In this document: in pieces, positions 47,700-62,600 of the stretch
How positions within the stretch are numbered: position 1 is the stretch's first letter
Layout of the letters: each line of letters opens with the position of its first letter
Origin: Raillietiella orientalis
Lineage: Eukaryota
Direction of reading: 5' to 3'
DNA: 64,000 nucleotides
NCBI GenBank assembly: GCA_036172245.1
Contig: JAYWIR010000048.1
Coordinates: 744,001 to 808,000, forward strand
The notes under the pieces: model-generated
Seen by the model: the letters and a program-made list of their open reading frames with translations, nothing else
What the model was told of the DNA's origin: nothing
Databases searched by the model: none
Made by a program: the position numbers and the translations under genes

Positions 47700-50080
47700 C
47701 TTCGCTTTCCGATTGAAGCTTTTCCAGAGTATTAAACTGGAACGCAGTATGTTCATAAGCAGGGAAGAAATCGGTCTGACCTCGAAATCAAGGAAGACCC
47801 TTTGCTTGCAGCACCATGGTCACCATCAGTGCCAAGAGATATACATGAGAGGTTACGAACGCAAGGGAATGCACGTTTGGCGGAAGGAAAAAAAGAAAGA
47901 AAACCACAATCGGTTGCTTGAAGGTGTCAAGAATACAGTTTAAGGGTTGCCACACCTTCATATAAGAAATTGCTGGACCGAATTCCCACTGCATGAGGAT
48001 GCCCTGCGCACACACAGATAGGTGTTACAGCAGTGTTGTCTTAGCCGATGGACTGCCGAAACCGAAATGACCACTCGACTGGCACTGCGAATCCAAACGG
48101 GCAAAAGATGCACCAACTGTAATAAGAAGCCCAAAGTTTTCTCAGAAAGCGACTGTGGCATATCAAAGGAAACATACACTGCTGTCGTCTTGGAAAGATG
48201 AGAGAATCGTAACCACCGCAATCCAGAAATGACAACCACAAAAAGAATCGAACGGGGAGGGAAACCCAATGTGGATCTCAGCCATGCAGCTTCCACGGGT
48301 GGCGTCGATCGGGCAGATCATCCTATTGCCTCTTGACAAAATACCTCAAATGCCGGAGGGAGTTTTTCTATTGGGGAATGGGCATAAGTGTCCATCAATT
48401 CATGTGTTCTCTACAAAACCGCCCAAGAAGAAAAAAACACCATCAACGCACCTGGAATACGTTAAGGTCTTTGTGGTCCAGCTTGGAGGAAACTTTCGCC
48501 AGGAGAGAGCAACAGCATCAGCATCCACTTCTGGCATCGGGTTAGATGGAAAACCCCATGCGATGAGAAGAGGTAAGGAAAGGGACTGTCTGTTCCAAAA
48601 GAAAAGAAAAGACTGGGGGACGACCGAATGCTGCGACACTCGGGCGGGAACGCACGTGGGAGATTGCTTGGAAGAGTACCGTACGAAAAAGAGGGATTTT
48701 AAAACGTAAAATTGAAGCTTCATCTACGCTGAAACAAAGCTTAGCAATAGAAGAAATGAATTCAATGCAAAAAGTGTAAACGGATTTACGAAGGGTTGTA
48801 ATTTTTCCTTATCAAAGCGGAGCCGTCGGCATTTTTGATTGCGGAAGTGCGCTGCAGCCGCTGGTCGGTCGTGCCAACTCTTCGCTTGGAGTGCAAAGGG
48901 TTAAATGAACTTCCAGCGAAAGTGATGGAAATGCTGCATTTGAATTTCGATCTTTCGGAATTCGCCTGACGATTCACTGAATGGGCACCCACAGCTGGAA
49001 ACAACTTATCCCTACTTGCAGCCCTACATGTGTGCCTTCGGAGAGGGAAAAACTTCCACAGAACCTTCGCTGTTTCACCGCGGCTTCTATGGTGGGTGCC
49101 CTCGGGGGCCCGCAAAGCTCAAAGATGTCCCCGGCTCGGAGGACATATTTGGGAAGCAATTCACTTAATGGGACGAATCAAAGGCGGGGGGGGGGGACAA
49201 AAACAAAACACGGAACCCAGATTAAAAATTCCATTTCGATGTTTCCCACAGGAAGGGGAGTTCTTCCCCCCCCCTCCCTGACAGACATGCATGTTGTGCC
49301 GTTGCTGTTGCTGCCTTTCCAGGATGCTCGGTTCCTCTGAACCAAGAGATGGATTTCGAACTCTTCTCTCCCGCTTATCCGTCACGTCTGCGTGCCGCAG
49401 GAGGACAGTTCACTTCATCCTTCTTCTGCCAGCATGCCGTTCACTCGAGCTGCTGCTTACGGTATCACCACCCTCACCTTCCAGCAGACAAACAGGACAG
49501 CTTCGAGATAAGCACTGCGTGGAGCACCGGGATCCAGCTTTTCCTCCGCATTAGCTTCCGAATGCTTTCAGATGCAGCAGATCGACTCAGATGGGAAACA
49601 TATAATTAAATAAGTAATTCCGGTCCCCCTTTTCTTGGCGTGTGATATTCGCCAGGACGCGAAGAAAAGAAAAAAATCCTTCGCGTTGATATTAACGGAA
49701 AGTCGCTGAGGAACCTTCAAGGATGTCGTCCTACGAGGAGACGCACTGACGGGTCGTGGAAGATCACTCAGTGGGACGATCTTTCCCTTCGGACCTTATT
49801 CTACAACTGGATTGAAAAAGAAGAAAAAAAAAAAAAGAAGTCAGTATGCTGCAATCTCGTGGTATTCGTATGGGAATTTGTTCCCTGGAATGATCAGCGA
49901 CAGCTGCGGAATTTCGTGCCCCGAAATTCGTTTCGCTCCTACCTTGAGACCGGGAAGTCTGCAGCAAGGAAAGCCAGCATGCATGGGAGAGGGTCCCCCC
50001 CCCCACCTCACGACCACAGGGCACTGACGCGTACCGACCGAACGATTTGATCCCCCCAAATTTCCGGGACTCACGAGCCC
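47700..50080 (-). mobile_element. Decayed LINE remnant
   Basis: ILMQWEFGP (L...GFG region of RT) ~48000-47975; GC-rich putative leader 50080-49700. Confidence 0.4.
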
Positions 50081-50273
50081 AATTTCTTTCGAAAATGCTT
50101 TTTTCCTTTCTTAGTGATGAAGGATTCCTTATTTAGTTGTTCCCCCACGAGGTACCGATAGGGCCGGATTGACTTTGAAATCGCCACTGCTTCGACAGTT
50201 GTCCGGGTAACTCTCGCACACATTTTTATCAAATGTTAGAACATTGTGTTTGCCTCATTGGTTTTGTACTTAC

Positions 50274-50455
50274 GGTTCCCTCTTCTTCGCTGTTAATTAT
50301 GCAGTGTAAGAATGCAGTGCTCCCACGCTGCGCCTGGACTTCAGTGAAATTCGCCATCCCGAAGGGATACGTTGAAATAGAAGATATTCTCAGTGGGGAC
50401 TCATCAAACAGAATAGACGAGGAAATGTTATATCCTAAAACATCGGGAATGAATT
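50274..50455 (-). CDS. dpr: Dpr-family (defective proboscis extension response / zig-8-like) two-Ig protein, internal exon A (start of Ig1)
   Basis: Acceptor tttttcaatttgcag and donor gtaagt. Encodes ..PFGMANFTEVQAQRGSTAFLHCIINSEEEGT, with the first Ig cysteine in a typical Dpr 'G.TAFLHC' context. Ends in phase 0, matching exon B. Paralog cannot be assigned. Confidence 0.85.
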
Positions 50456-53400
50456 CTGCAAATTGAAAAAGACGTCCATTATACAGAGATACAAAAACGG
50501 CCCGCGGCAATGCCTTCTGCCGCTGGGGCATAAAACTGCACTTGATGAATACAGACCGGGGTTTCGATTTAAAGGGAATCATTCGTTGCGAAAGGGTCCG
50601 CCAATTGCCCGATTCTCTCCTCAAAGGCGACGGGTGAGATGCACGCTCTTGGACCAGAAAAGATTTATAATGTAACAAAAACGGCTGCCCTCGTGGCAAG
50701 CGATTCGAAAGCACGCGGACACGACTTTCCGGAGATCCGAAAGCGTTCCATCTGCTGAATCTTCCGCTGTCCAAGTTTTTTTCCCCCATTATCAGTACGG
50801 CGAGGCAACGGAGGATTTGAGAGGAGAGAGGAAAAAGGAGCATCCAGCCTCAGCTGCAATCGAGTCTGACTGGAGAATGAGCTCTGCAAGATGCCTTGCA
50901 AAACAAGAAAGCAACGCGCGCAAAAGAGTTGGAACGGACGCAGAATCCCTCTCCATCACAAGCGAGATCCGAGCTTGAGAAATCCGCCCCTCCGCAAGTT
51001 TTTCCTCTTTTTCTTCTAAGCAATCTATTGTACGACTGTACAGCGTCCGAAAACAGCGCATAAATCTCGGAAATTTTCCTGGGAGACGGGAAATGCGCCG
51101 TTGTCATAGATAATCTATCTTCCTAATAATTGCTGAATCAATAGAGGCAGCGGGAAATTCCGGCAGGACACGTAACGAGCGTGTCATCATTACATACTGC
51201 AAAGGCGGATGAGATGACGACAAGGCCCTCGATCCCCCCTCCACTCCCCGGATGCCTTTTCAAACCCGGATTCACTTGCTTCGGGAACACCAGGAGCGAA
51301 CTGATGCTCATCCCGCCGCCACCAGTGATGCCAGGTTGCATTTCCGTGGGCCACTCGACCCCACCGCACCCACGCAGGCCCTCAAGACCCATTTCGTTAA
51401 CGACAGCGAGAAAATGCGCCGGGTGCGTGCGCCGAAAGCAGTAGGGTTCACCTCAAAAAAAAGTCCCATTTTAACGCAAGCATTTTTTTTTCATTCACCA
51501 TGCTGGAAATCCAAAATTCCCGTAGGGTGAAAATCCTTTTTTTTTTTTTTTCTTTGGCCGTTGATAATCAGTCACAGTAAACAGCGCGAGAGGGGAAAGA
51601 GTGACCTCCAGAGTGACCAGGAAGGAAGCTGTCACTCTGCTGGGAACACCACGATTACGATATGAAACCAGTCCAATAACAGGAATGCATGGAGATCTCT
51701 CCAAAGATAGAAATACGGACGCAGCATTCTGAAGGAGGAAGAAGAAAAAAAAAAACACAAATCGAGCGCCCACCCATCCGACCTGAAAACAGACGGGAGA
51801 AGAAAGGGATGCACAATGCATTACGCACGTGTTCGTGCATGCGCAAGAATTGTGTCCCATTTCGTAATACACGCATATGGTGGATCCGCGGGCGGTAACC
51901 GCACTGACCAAGTGACCTTTAGGCAGAATCCGACATGAGAAAAGCAGTCCCTGCTGCAGGAAATGACACCAGGCTTAGCAGCACGACACTGGGAGCGCTG
52001 AGTTTTGGAACATTCCAAACTCCTTGGCTCATGACATTGGAGATTGCCGGGTGCTGCAATTCATCTCAATGCAACAAGTAGGAGACTGCAGTGTAGCTTA
52101 ATTCAGAAACGAGCCTTTGTTTGCATCTTCTATGATCGATCGTTTTTTTTTTTTTTTTTTTTCCTGCCCTCATGGCATTTTCCTAGGTGACAAGCCGTCC
52201 CGTCTCTCCGCACAATCATGCAATCGACCAGATCGATACGAGCACAGCATCTGCAATCTCTTAGCATATCCCTGGATGACACGCCTTCCATGAATCGAAG
52301 TGCCAAATATTTCAAAATGAATTTCGTTTCCGCTCATGGGAAGACGATGTACGTACGAACTGTAAGTACACAAAAGCAGTAAGGAAGTGAACGGCACCAT
52401 GGACCACGTGGGGGTGTACAGTGTGCTCCACCCGGTTGTGAAATCTCTCTCAGCGTTCTTGGAATGTTCAATCTGGGAAGACGAAAGGAGGGGATGAAGC
52501 TTGTGCCTGAGATGAACCTTCAGGTTGCAGAGATTTTCCGTTCGTCAAAATGTACAGTGTTTCTCGAGGGGCTTCAGCCAGCTGCACATTCAAAATTTCT
52601 CGAGCTCATCAACAGATGATGGCACCTCATTTTCCGAATTCGAACATCTGGTCCGTTCCGAAAATAAAGCCAAGGATGGGATCCCACAGTACTTACGAGT
52701 GTTCATAATTAACTTAATCACCCTGCACCGCATTGCCTGCCTACGAATCTGTGAAGTTTGTGAACTGTGCCTATTTACCCACTCCATGAGATCCGTCGCA
52801 AAAAAAGGAAAAAAAAGGAAAAAAAAAATTCGGCGTTTTTGCTCCATGGAAGTGACGCATTTTTCTTCTCCTCTTCCCTGATGAAAATCTCTCTGAATAC
52901 ATTCCTCAGTCCTGAGACGAACTTCCAGCTCCTCGCCGCAGCTTTCTAGTTTGCCATGGAAGCTGCGCTGCCCGTAGCTCGTATCCGTTCCAGACGCCCA
53001 GCAGATGAAGAAGAAAAAAAAAAAAGGATCCAGCGAGATTGACTCGAGATTTGAGAAAGAAAAAAAAATTTTTTTTTTTAAGTACTTTTCCGGCCGCTGG
53101 GATTCGTCCGTTGGAATGTTCTTTAGCACTTGGGTACATCCTGATTCTCCTCCCACGCTGGTTGTCCGCTAAGCGACGGGACGCATCCGGAGCCACAGGA
53201 ATTCGGGAGGATGGTTTTCCCGATTCATGGTTTCCAGTTTGAACCGCCTTTCATGCGGAGGTCACTCGGGTCATCGGAACTCGCGTTCCCTTTGTATTTT
53301 AACGGAAACCTTCAAGGACAGTTCCGATTCAGGTGTCTGAATACAGGAAACACGTCATTGAGGTATCGTCATTCCATTGACTCCCTGATTTTCGTCAGAA

Positions 53401-55449
53401 CAGACCATCGGGAAGAGGAAGCGAAGATCAGATGAAGTTAACTGTGACACAGGAAAAATGGAAAAGTGGCAGCTATGGATGAATGGTGCATCAAATGCAT
53501 TCTCATTAGAAGGAATACATCTTCGTAACGAATGAGCATAATATTTTGAATACGACTCATAATCATTATATTCCATGCAAGAAATTTGTGAACATTTGTA
53601 AGAGGACGTGGGATTCATTGAATGCTATTGTAATTGCTGTTGCTATCGACTGCATCTGCATGCACTCTCCTGATGCTGAAATTACTCGCGTATCATAAGC
53701 GATTGCCATTTCAGATTTAAATAAACCATAATTAGCGAAGGGGGACAGTACAAGGATTTAAAGCAATGATAATTCCCCACAGCCTTCAGTATAATGACTT
53801 TCATGCATTTGGACTCCCCAACCGATTCACTATGATGCGAGGAACGTCATGGTAAATAAATCTGTGACGCGATCAACGAAAAACAAACGGCAGTACGAGC
53901 ATCAGAGGTCGCTTCGTGTACACTCAAAGGGAATCCAACCAATAAAAAATCCGCAGGTGTTCACCGGATTTCAAAATTCGATCTCGTTCTGCAAGATAGT
54001 AACGTGCCACGTGCTCAGTAGTCTGTGACCCAGGGCAAATCTGTACACATTGCAAACAGCGTGTGCTGGTGGTATTCTGCGAAAATCAGCAGAATGTCTC
54101 GTACCAAGCCTAAAATTCAGAGGCCTAAAAAGTAGGCTGAGAAGTAGGGGGCAAACCGTTATCGAGGGAAACAGCCCAAGATGTCGGAGCTGTTGATCAA
54201 CTGCGAGCAGGAGAGAAAGAACACTTCGCTGGTGCTCCTGAGGGGAGAAAATGCATTCTGCTCTGTAGGATGGCTCGAGATGCAACACCACTGTGGTGCA
54301 GCTCCCAAAGATGGGGTCGTTCCAGGTTGATGATATCTCTGGGAGCAACACGCAATCAATAATCCGATGACTGTTTTGGGAGGAGAGACGCGGAAACCGA
54401 AACGAAGAAAGGGGGGGAAGAGAGCAGCAGCAACGCTGCTTTTAACGTGAAAGAAGCTTTCCTTCTCTGCATGGAGAAGAACGACACTGTGGACTTTCCG
54501 TGTTTATCTAACGAAACTCCGCAAAGATGGATTATCGCAAGAGAGCGCATGGAATAACCGGGAACTGTTCCCACAAAAATGATTCCCCGGAAATCCGTAA
54601 TGAGAAAAATTTGATTTGCTAATAGATGAAGCAGCGGTCCTGAATCCGGAAAACTTCCCTTTCGAATTCGCGTGTCCCTAGCAACTTGCCTAGCAACTTC
54701 GCTTCGTCTAAATGCAATATGCACCCAGTTAATCAGCAGGGGTTGCGAAATAAACGGAGCTTTCACATTCCTGGAAAAGAGGAAGAAACGGTGTTTCGAT
54801 ATTTCCAGTTTCGATTAAAAACCAAAAAAAAACAAAAAAAACAAAAAAGATTGCCGGAGATGCATGCGCTCGTTAATTTAATGTACGCTGTGTAATTTAG
54901 AACTGGCTGGCTTGCTCCAAGATTTCCCGAGATGAATTCCAAATGTGTGAATCGAAAGGAGGGGAGAATCACTTATTCCATGTCGACTCCATTTTATTAC
55001 GTGTTCTGCTCGGATCTTGCGGCGTGATGTTTTCTGTGTGTTCCATCGTGTACACTTTGATGATTCGCATGCATCCAGAGGACACCACGCAAGTGGCAAA
55101 AGGTTACTTATAGGGCGACCCTCGTCGTCTTCGATCCCATTTTTTTTTTTTTTCTTTGGATCTTTGGATCGGGATCTCGATCAAAGTGCGAAGGAGCAGG
55201 GATTACGGGAACGCCTTCCAAACGAAGTTGGGAACGGTGAGATTGAAACCGAGATTCATTGGCGAATCTTTGCTCAGAGTTTCGGTTGGCAACGAAGGGC
55301 AGGTTACGTGAATACTAACAGATTGCCAAGCAACGGAGTTGGAAACGCAATCATGCTTTGCGTTTCCCAAGACATGGAACATACGCGGACACGACCGAAA
55401 TTCCACTGCCCCACGCTGACCTTTTGAAACGAAAGGCCATTCAGCTGCA

Positions 55450-56280
55450 GCATGAGGAAAAAAACGGAAAAAAACGAAAATCCGGGATGCCCCCCATCAC
55501 GAGTTTCGGGACGCAACACTTTCCACGCTTATCGCAAACTCGACTCCTCCTCCCATGGTGACCCTTGGTCAAGCGCGCACATCGTGGCTGTCGCAAGCAA
55601 AACACCAATCGCTCCGCTCTTTTGTGAACACGGAAGATGCTGTTCGTGCTCGCAGCAGGAAGGCATTGGAGTCTGCGTAAAAGTTTCCACGGAGAAATGA
55701 TGAATCCATTCAGAACCGTTGCCACGTTACTGGAAAATGGGATCGCGCAGAACAAGAATGTCACTTGCTTGGTGATGTCAACCTGGTACTCGGGGAGGTG
55801 TCCACTTCTCAACACAAGTTGTTCACGTTTTAAGAGAAGACTGCCCATTTGGTTGCCACTTTTGTATATGCTCTCTTCTAACATCGGTGTTTCGCATCAG
55901 TACAAAAAGACAAGTAGCAGAAAGAGGAGAGTTTCTCCTCTTTCTACAAAGAGGAGTAACTTCTTTCGATTTATTCCCTTTCGTTTCTAAAAGAGTCTGT
56001 TTCTAAGCTTCCATCAATCCCTGCAACGAACAAATTTTGTCTTTCAAATTGACACCACCACATGTAGACCCACTGACAGAAAATCAAGGAAGCACTTCCT
56101 GAGGCTGAGGCAGGATGTGCTTGCAAGTGGTAAGAGCTTTAGATCCCAGGCCTGGGCACGGTATAAAGAATATGGAATGTGGGAATCAAAAAGACAGTGG
56201 ATTGGGCGTAAGTCTCGAAGGCGCAACCTTCAAGCAAGTGCATGTTGCGTCGCAGCCAGAACGGGTACTTTATGTACACG
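55450..56280 (-). mobile_element. Decayed LINE RT remnants
   Basis: VATVLNGFIISPWKLLRRLQ (V.VNG..S..F...RG.RQ-like) ~55725-55665. Confidence 0.4.
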
Positions 56281-56329
56281 ACGGTGCCCACTCGGCCCAC
56301 CTCCAGTTGGATTCGCAGGCGACTCTTCG

Positions 56330-56661
56330 AGAGGTCACCGGAATAGCCGACGGGAGCATGACGTCGGCTGCCCGGTGACCTTATCTTCCACAAGACTCCA
56401 GGAAGGAGATCTCCGGCATCCAACGCCGGTTGTGAAAAGAAGGAACGGCCGAAGCCAAAGACCCCTGTCCCCGATCCCTCCCATATCTTTTTTTTATATA
56501 TATTTTATATATTGATTCCCCTCCCTCCCGTTCCGGACTTTCGGTTGTACAGACCTGCGTGTCGGGGATCCCTCCCTCCATACCACTGTACCCTTCGTCT
56601 GGGAACTCTGTTCCTGGATGGTTCAGCAATAAACGCCCCGGAGCACCCGGGTGAAAAACAG
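56330..56661 (+). mobile_element. 5'-truncated LINE copy with intact structured 3' tail
   Basis: Homologous to 4310-4500, 30385-30552 and 19650-20078; ends AATAAACGCCCCGGAGCACCCGGGTGAAAAACAG. Confidence 0.8.
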
Positions 56662-59600
56662 TGTTCGCTGGGAAGAACGAAAAAAACGCTGCCCTTTTCA
56701 AAACGGGAAGATCCGAGTGCAGAAACACTGCATGTGCAGTTTGCGAGAGGAAAATGGAGAGACGGTTTTCATGCTCACAATAAAAAAAAAAATGGAAAAG
56801 GGTTGAAAGATTGTGCTTGGCGAGACAACCCACTATTTCCCCCCTGGACTTTTATTCTTCGGGTCCCTCATAACCTGAGCAGCTCCACTTTATGCATTCA
56901 TTCGCCCATAATCTTGCAAATCCATGCTATTGCAATAGTATGGCCGATCCCTTGTAAAAGCTCGTAATCACCTAGACTCCATTATTCAAAGATGGAGACG
57001 CGTAATTTGGATGCAGGATTCCCGAAATTTCGAATCCTATCAATGATTTCGGTGAGAATTCTGAAAAATTGAGTTTTCGGCGAGACATGGTGACTCATAT
57101 ATCATCCAGCAGCAGCGGTTCTCCAGCGAACTGTGGAAATTTAGATTCTCGCGACATTCTAAGAGATTTCGGTGCTGTTTTTGAGCACTGCATCCGGACC
57201 ATTCTAATCCACCCTAAGCATACCCTAATAAGGATAACAATTTTGGCGTAATAATTCACTCCAACTACTTGAATTCCAATCTGAGCCATTCGAATAGATT
57301 GCCCTTTTGCTGTTAAGCAAACCATTCGATGAAGCAGTATAAGCGGCGCTCATCTCGGAAATTATGAGCGAAAATCATATTAAGAGTGTTTCCACCAAAG
57401 GGGAACGGTTGTGCGACCGTGCGGTTTGCTATAGTGTAGAAAAGGCGGTAGAAAATGGAAGCCGATCCATACCGTAGACAGTAGAAATGCGTGTGTGGTG
57501 CAGCGCAAAGCTAAGGTTGAAGCTGAACGCACGCGAGATGTGGTGATCTTCCCTGTTTCATGACACGACTCTTCGGTGGACCCGCGGGTGCGACCTCATG
57601 AGGGAAGTTCTCAGGGACGATGCGAAGGCGGAAACGAGCTGCTCTTCTCGGAGAAGACGTCTCTTTCTTCGCTGAAATTTCCCATTCCAACGACCATCAC
57701 GCAGGAAAGGAAGGACGCAGCCGGGAAGAGCTCCGAAGATGTGAGAAAACGAAGTGAGACGACAACGCAAATCCACCACGTGGTGAGAAAAATCGGAAGC
57801 ACACTCGAGACGAGAGGGTCGCGGGGAGATGAAAGTGAGAAGGCGACGTCACGCCTCCGGTCGCACAGTCTCCGAGACTGGAAAGGACACCTGAAAGACT
57901 CGTGTAGCTGGATGCTGTGACTGCAGATGAATGCTGAGGGACGCTTCTGTTTGGGTGGAAAGTGGAGACATGCTGATTGTACTGTCCATAAACTGTACCT
58001 AGCGCACAGTCATTATGGAACCAAACCGAATTTAGGGGGAAAAAGCTTGGGATCAAATAAAGCAGGGTTGCTGCTCATTTTGAGACCATCAAGCAATTTA
58101 GCAGCTGCGATGTTTCATTCTTGACGCAGCTTCTGGAGTTTACAAATCGTCCATCCTGACAGGTTAGTGAGACTCCTTCGTCCAGAGTCTGTTTCTTTCA
58201 TCGAAGGTTTTGCCTCTTTCCTATGCCTCTGCATCGATCGCACATTCCCATTTAGGGTGTGTGTCGGTACATATCTGAGACTCCTCTGCTGGGGAAGGAT
58301 TTTGATTTTATCGAACCTCAGTTCATTAAAAGTCAGAAGACCACAGTGTTACACCTATTAGAAATCTGAATATGATTTGCAATTTGGCAGCATCCAGATT
58401 GCATTATGAATAATTCAGATGTCCCTTCTAGATTGTCCTTATTTATCTTTCCAGGAAGGAAAACACACCAACGAATCAGTGCATCCCTGGAACGGTAGGT
58501 GCAGCAAAGCAGTTATGGGAAAACCACGTGGAAAGGACTGAACGGCAATTGGGAAAGAAAAAGAAGCTCAAGAGCTCAGAAAGGAATGAGGCTTCGGCGC
58601 CACATGTGTGCAGAAATGAACGCGTTCAGAAACACGCATGCAATTCCGAGTCCCGTCATATGTAAAAGGAAACCTACGGTAATGCGAAAACACTCCAGAA
58701 TTCCGGGAGCAAAAAGAAAAGACGGATGGAAGGGGTTCACTGACTGGACGCCCTGTGGTAACGCAGGGGCACCCGAAACTTGGCTTTCGTCCCGCAGGCT
58801 TCCCTGAATGACCTTAAATTCATTCCTTCTTGAAGTAAAGGCATTCGGGAAATCGACTGGGCACGGTGGGAGTCCCACTGAAACGCGTTACGTGGACACG
58901 ACGTTCAAATCCACGAGCCGCATTTTCACTTTCCTCATCCCTGGAATTCACCCACGTTCGGAATCATGACTTGATGAATATGAATGGGAAAAAAATCATA
59001 TTTAGAAACGGGAAATTTCCCTGAACTCACATGAGATAACTCCGAGGACATCTCATTCTGGAATCCCCATGTCAGAATAAGAAGGAACCAACTTGCCAAA
59101 TATTTACTTGGAAACTGTTTTTTTTGTTTGTTTGTTTACTATTCTGCAAACGGGCAAAGGGAATCCATAAAAGGATGCCCCCGTGGCTACTGCTTTCGAA
59201 GGAACGAAGATGAAGAAGCCAAATCTGCCACGATTTGACGTGGCAACGGAGTCCCGATTGAGATTCCTCCCGGCAAAATTTTTTCCAGATGGAATTTTAC
59301 TATCCCTCTCCATTCGAATGCTACGCAGAAGCGATAAAGGCATGAATTCGTGCCCCATCAACGTGGGCTGTGATGGTTTTCGGATTTATCCCGAACTTCA
59401 TACCGATTTCGAAACGGGGCTCGGGCATTTGCGTTCCAACCTGGAAACGAACGTCTCCGTGCCGAATCGGAGCTCCTCCGAAACACTTCGCCGAAGAGTT
59501 CCGTAGGACTGAACGATCAGAGTCTTGGAATTTTCGCTAGGCATACCCTCTTCGACGGTTACCTTTCATTAGGGGGAGAGGGAGAGAGAGAAAGAAAAGA

Positions 59601-62600
59601 AAAGAAAAGAAGGAAAAAAAACGGAACCATCCAAGCAGCGTGTTTAATCAGAAAGCACATTTCGAGACCCTGGGAATCCGTTCTCTCTCCGGAAACGCAT
59701 CATTCAGAACTCTTCGAAGTTTGCGAGTGATGCAAACTCATGTCTGGACCGGCAGTCCTCCTCTCCAAACGTTCCTCGCTCAATCAACACATCAGCTGAA
59801 CATCACGTGTAAATAACATAACGTTCCCGGTGCCAACTAGGAAAAAAACAATCGCAAGGGCGCTAGGAGACCGCTGGCAAGGGAACATTCGTGCCATCTG
59901 TTCCCTTTGCGAACACGTTGGCATTCATTTCGAGCCACGCGTCCGTTCCGGCTATTCGCCTTGCCGATGGCGCGCATGCTGACGCGTGATTGCACCCAAC
60001 TCGGGGATCGCGCATTCCTCCTTGCAATCGGAGGTGCCACGAGGGGAGTGAGTCACCACCCCACAGCCTCGATGACGTGTGGACCTGTCCGTGCCCGCTT
60101 GTCCTTCTCCGTCCACCCCCGCGCCCCTTTTGCACCGCCTACCTCTGAAGGGACCGTGGGCGCCACCATTTCGGAAAGCGTGCCAGCTGGTATTTTGCTA
60201 TCCTTTCCGCGAAGAAGTCCACGGAGGACGATGCCTCCGGGAGTCGCTGAAGATGCCCGATTCCTGCCAGACAGAAAACACTACTGCCGTGCACATTTTG
60301 CTGCTTTTGCCCCGGGCCGCTGCCTCACTTTTGCGCCACGGCCATTCGTTATGATTAGTATCGGATCACCTGATTCTTGTTTATGGGGACCAGAATGAGC
60401 ATTCTTCGGGGATGGTCATTCTTCTTCATCTTCCCAACACGTATCACACGGTACGGTTTATTAAAAAGGCATCACGGTACTCATTCAAAAACGAGTAGCC
60501 AGGACCGCACCTCTATCAAACTGGGGAATTTGATGGTGATTATCATCGATGAACTTTCTCTCCCAACTTTTATTCTATACAGTTCGTGCGGACCTGAAAC
60601 AGGGTCCCGCCATACCCAGTCGGGAGTGAGCAAGCAGATCCCCAACGAAGACATTGGCATCGCAATTTGGATTGAGCGCTCACGCTGCTGATCGCCACCC
60701 AACGGCCATTGCAATTCAAGCCGTTCGTCCACTGCCATCGACACGACTCGTCCAAGAAGAACACGGACATGTTGAGGCAACGAAGAGGCTTCATTTAGGG
60801 CTTCCCTATGCTATGCAAGACAACACCTCAGCATATGGAACCGGGGGTCAAGATATGTGGAAGGTGAGATTACTGTATGACCTTAGGACGCTCAGGAATC
60901 GCCCCAGGTCTACTAACGCTGGACTGTGAGTAGTCCGTGCCGTTCTCAGATACATTACACATTACATGTAATTGAGGTCGCTTTCCTCCAAAACTGAGCG
61001 GAACAGAGAGCTGTGATCTCAAGTCTTCATCGGGTTACCGCAAGCATGCGTGAGTAATGGATTTCCTTGTTAGACTCATCCCAGATTTCATAAACAGGCG
61101 ATCGAATGAACCTCCAGCTCGATGATTGGAGGTACTCCTTGATGAGCTGCTCATTCAGTTTTCCGCCGAACAGTGCAAATTCAAAATCGGAACTGATCCC
61201 TATCGAATATTCCTCCACATACTGCATCGATCCCAACTGACATTGGCCTCCTTCCTGGGAGCAAGAGGAAGGGCGCTTCCACTAGATCTTTTCCTCAGCT
61301 CTATTTCGAAATAGACGCGAACAAATGTGCGGAAAAACGACTTTCCATTCCTAGCCCTAGCTGTCGGATCCGCAAGGGTCCCCGGTTCCCGAGTCTCGGA
61401 GGATTGGGGGAAAGGCTAGCCTCTTCGCTAGCCACCCTCCTGTGGACAAGAAGCGGCTCCTTGCCCACGCTTGCCAGTCTTGAATGAAACGGAGCAACCC
61501 TGAAAAACTTGAGCACGAAGAAAAATCGAATCGGATCCAACAGATTCTCAGGAAACCTCGCGATTTCTGTGCATTTGGCCCCAAATTGCTGCCAAATCAT
61601 TCTGACGATGTTCCTTCCCTCACAATGTATGTGAGAAGAGAAGGCGATTCACTTTCGTTTACTCACGTCATTCGCTCCCAATTACCGAGGCGATTGGCTC
61701 CTTCTTCAAAAAAAAAATAGCCTTTCTCCATTGAGCACAAAGACGGCAGTAACGAATTGCAGCACCCTTAATTACAGACGTCTTTGTGTCAGACAAACGG
61801 AGGCTCATCTTAAATATGAAAGATAGGATCAAATGGTTTTTTCCTCGAAAGTTTCCGTCCTCAAATACCCATCTTCAGTAATTCGAAATTTTGGTTGCTG
61901 CCCACGTCGCCCATCCTTCCGACAGAAAAGAGAAGTTCTCATTTTTTTTTTTTTTTTTTTTCCTCCCTTACAAACAGAATAAGAGAGAATCCTCTCCTCC
62001 CAGCATTCGAATCCTCAGCAGAAGGCGTGCCTTCTTCCGGAAGAGTGAACGGAACAAAGTATTCGATGGCGCCAACCGAAATGATGTCTCATCCTATACT
62101 AAGTAATACGGCCATGTGCCTGGGGAACCACTCTATTCGATGAATCCCTGCTGAAGACCGAGCTCAAAGAGCAGCGTGCAAGCAGCTGACTGTGAAAGAG
62201 CGCCAAGAGCCATGGCCCATCGACCTGCTTGGGGAGCAGAGAAAATTTCCATGGGATCGGAATGAATTGTCTTCATCTGCGTATACTTCCCGATGATTTG
62301 GGAAACGGCAGTTGTCCGTGAAGGAAACAGCGAATTCGGCAATGTGTCATCCACGAATTACTTCGCTTTAATGGAAGATGCAGCCATGTCGAGGATGGGG
62401 AGGAGGTGATGTTTTGTCTGTTTCTGAGCCAACGCACATACCTCCCAAGTTTACATAAAGCTCTCTGGAAATCGCTTAATGAACTACCAGCATGAGAATC
62501 GAAACTGGGAAGCTGACTGGGAGGGAACCGAGTCCCGGCTTCGGCCTAATTTTGTTGGCAGCTCCTTTGTCAACCGATCACATTATAAGCGAACCTAAAC

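Noticed and set aside
52340..52400. MVPFTSLLLLCTYSS as the dpr signal-peptide exon
   Set aside because: The plausible donors (gtacgt, gtacat) give phase 2 or 0, but exon A needs phase 1.
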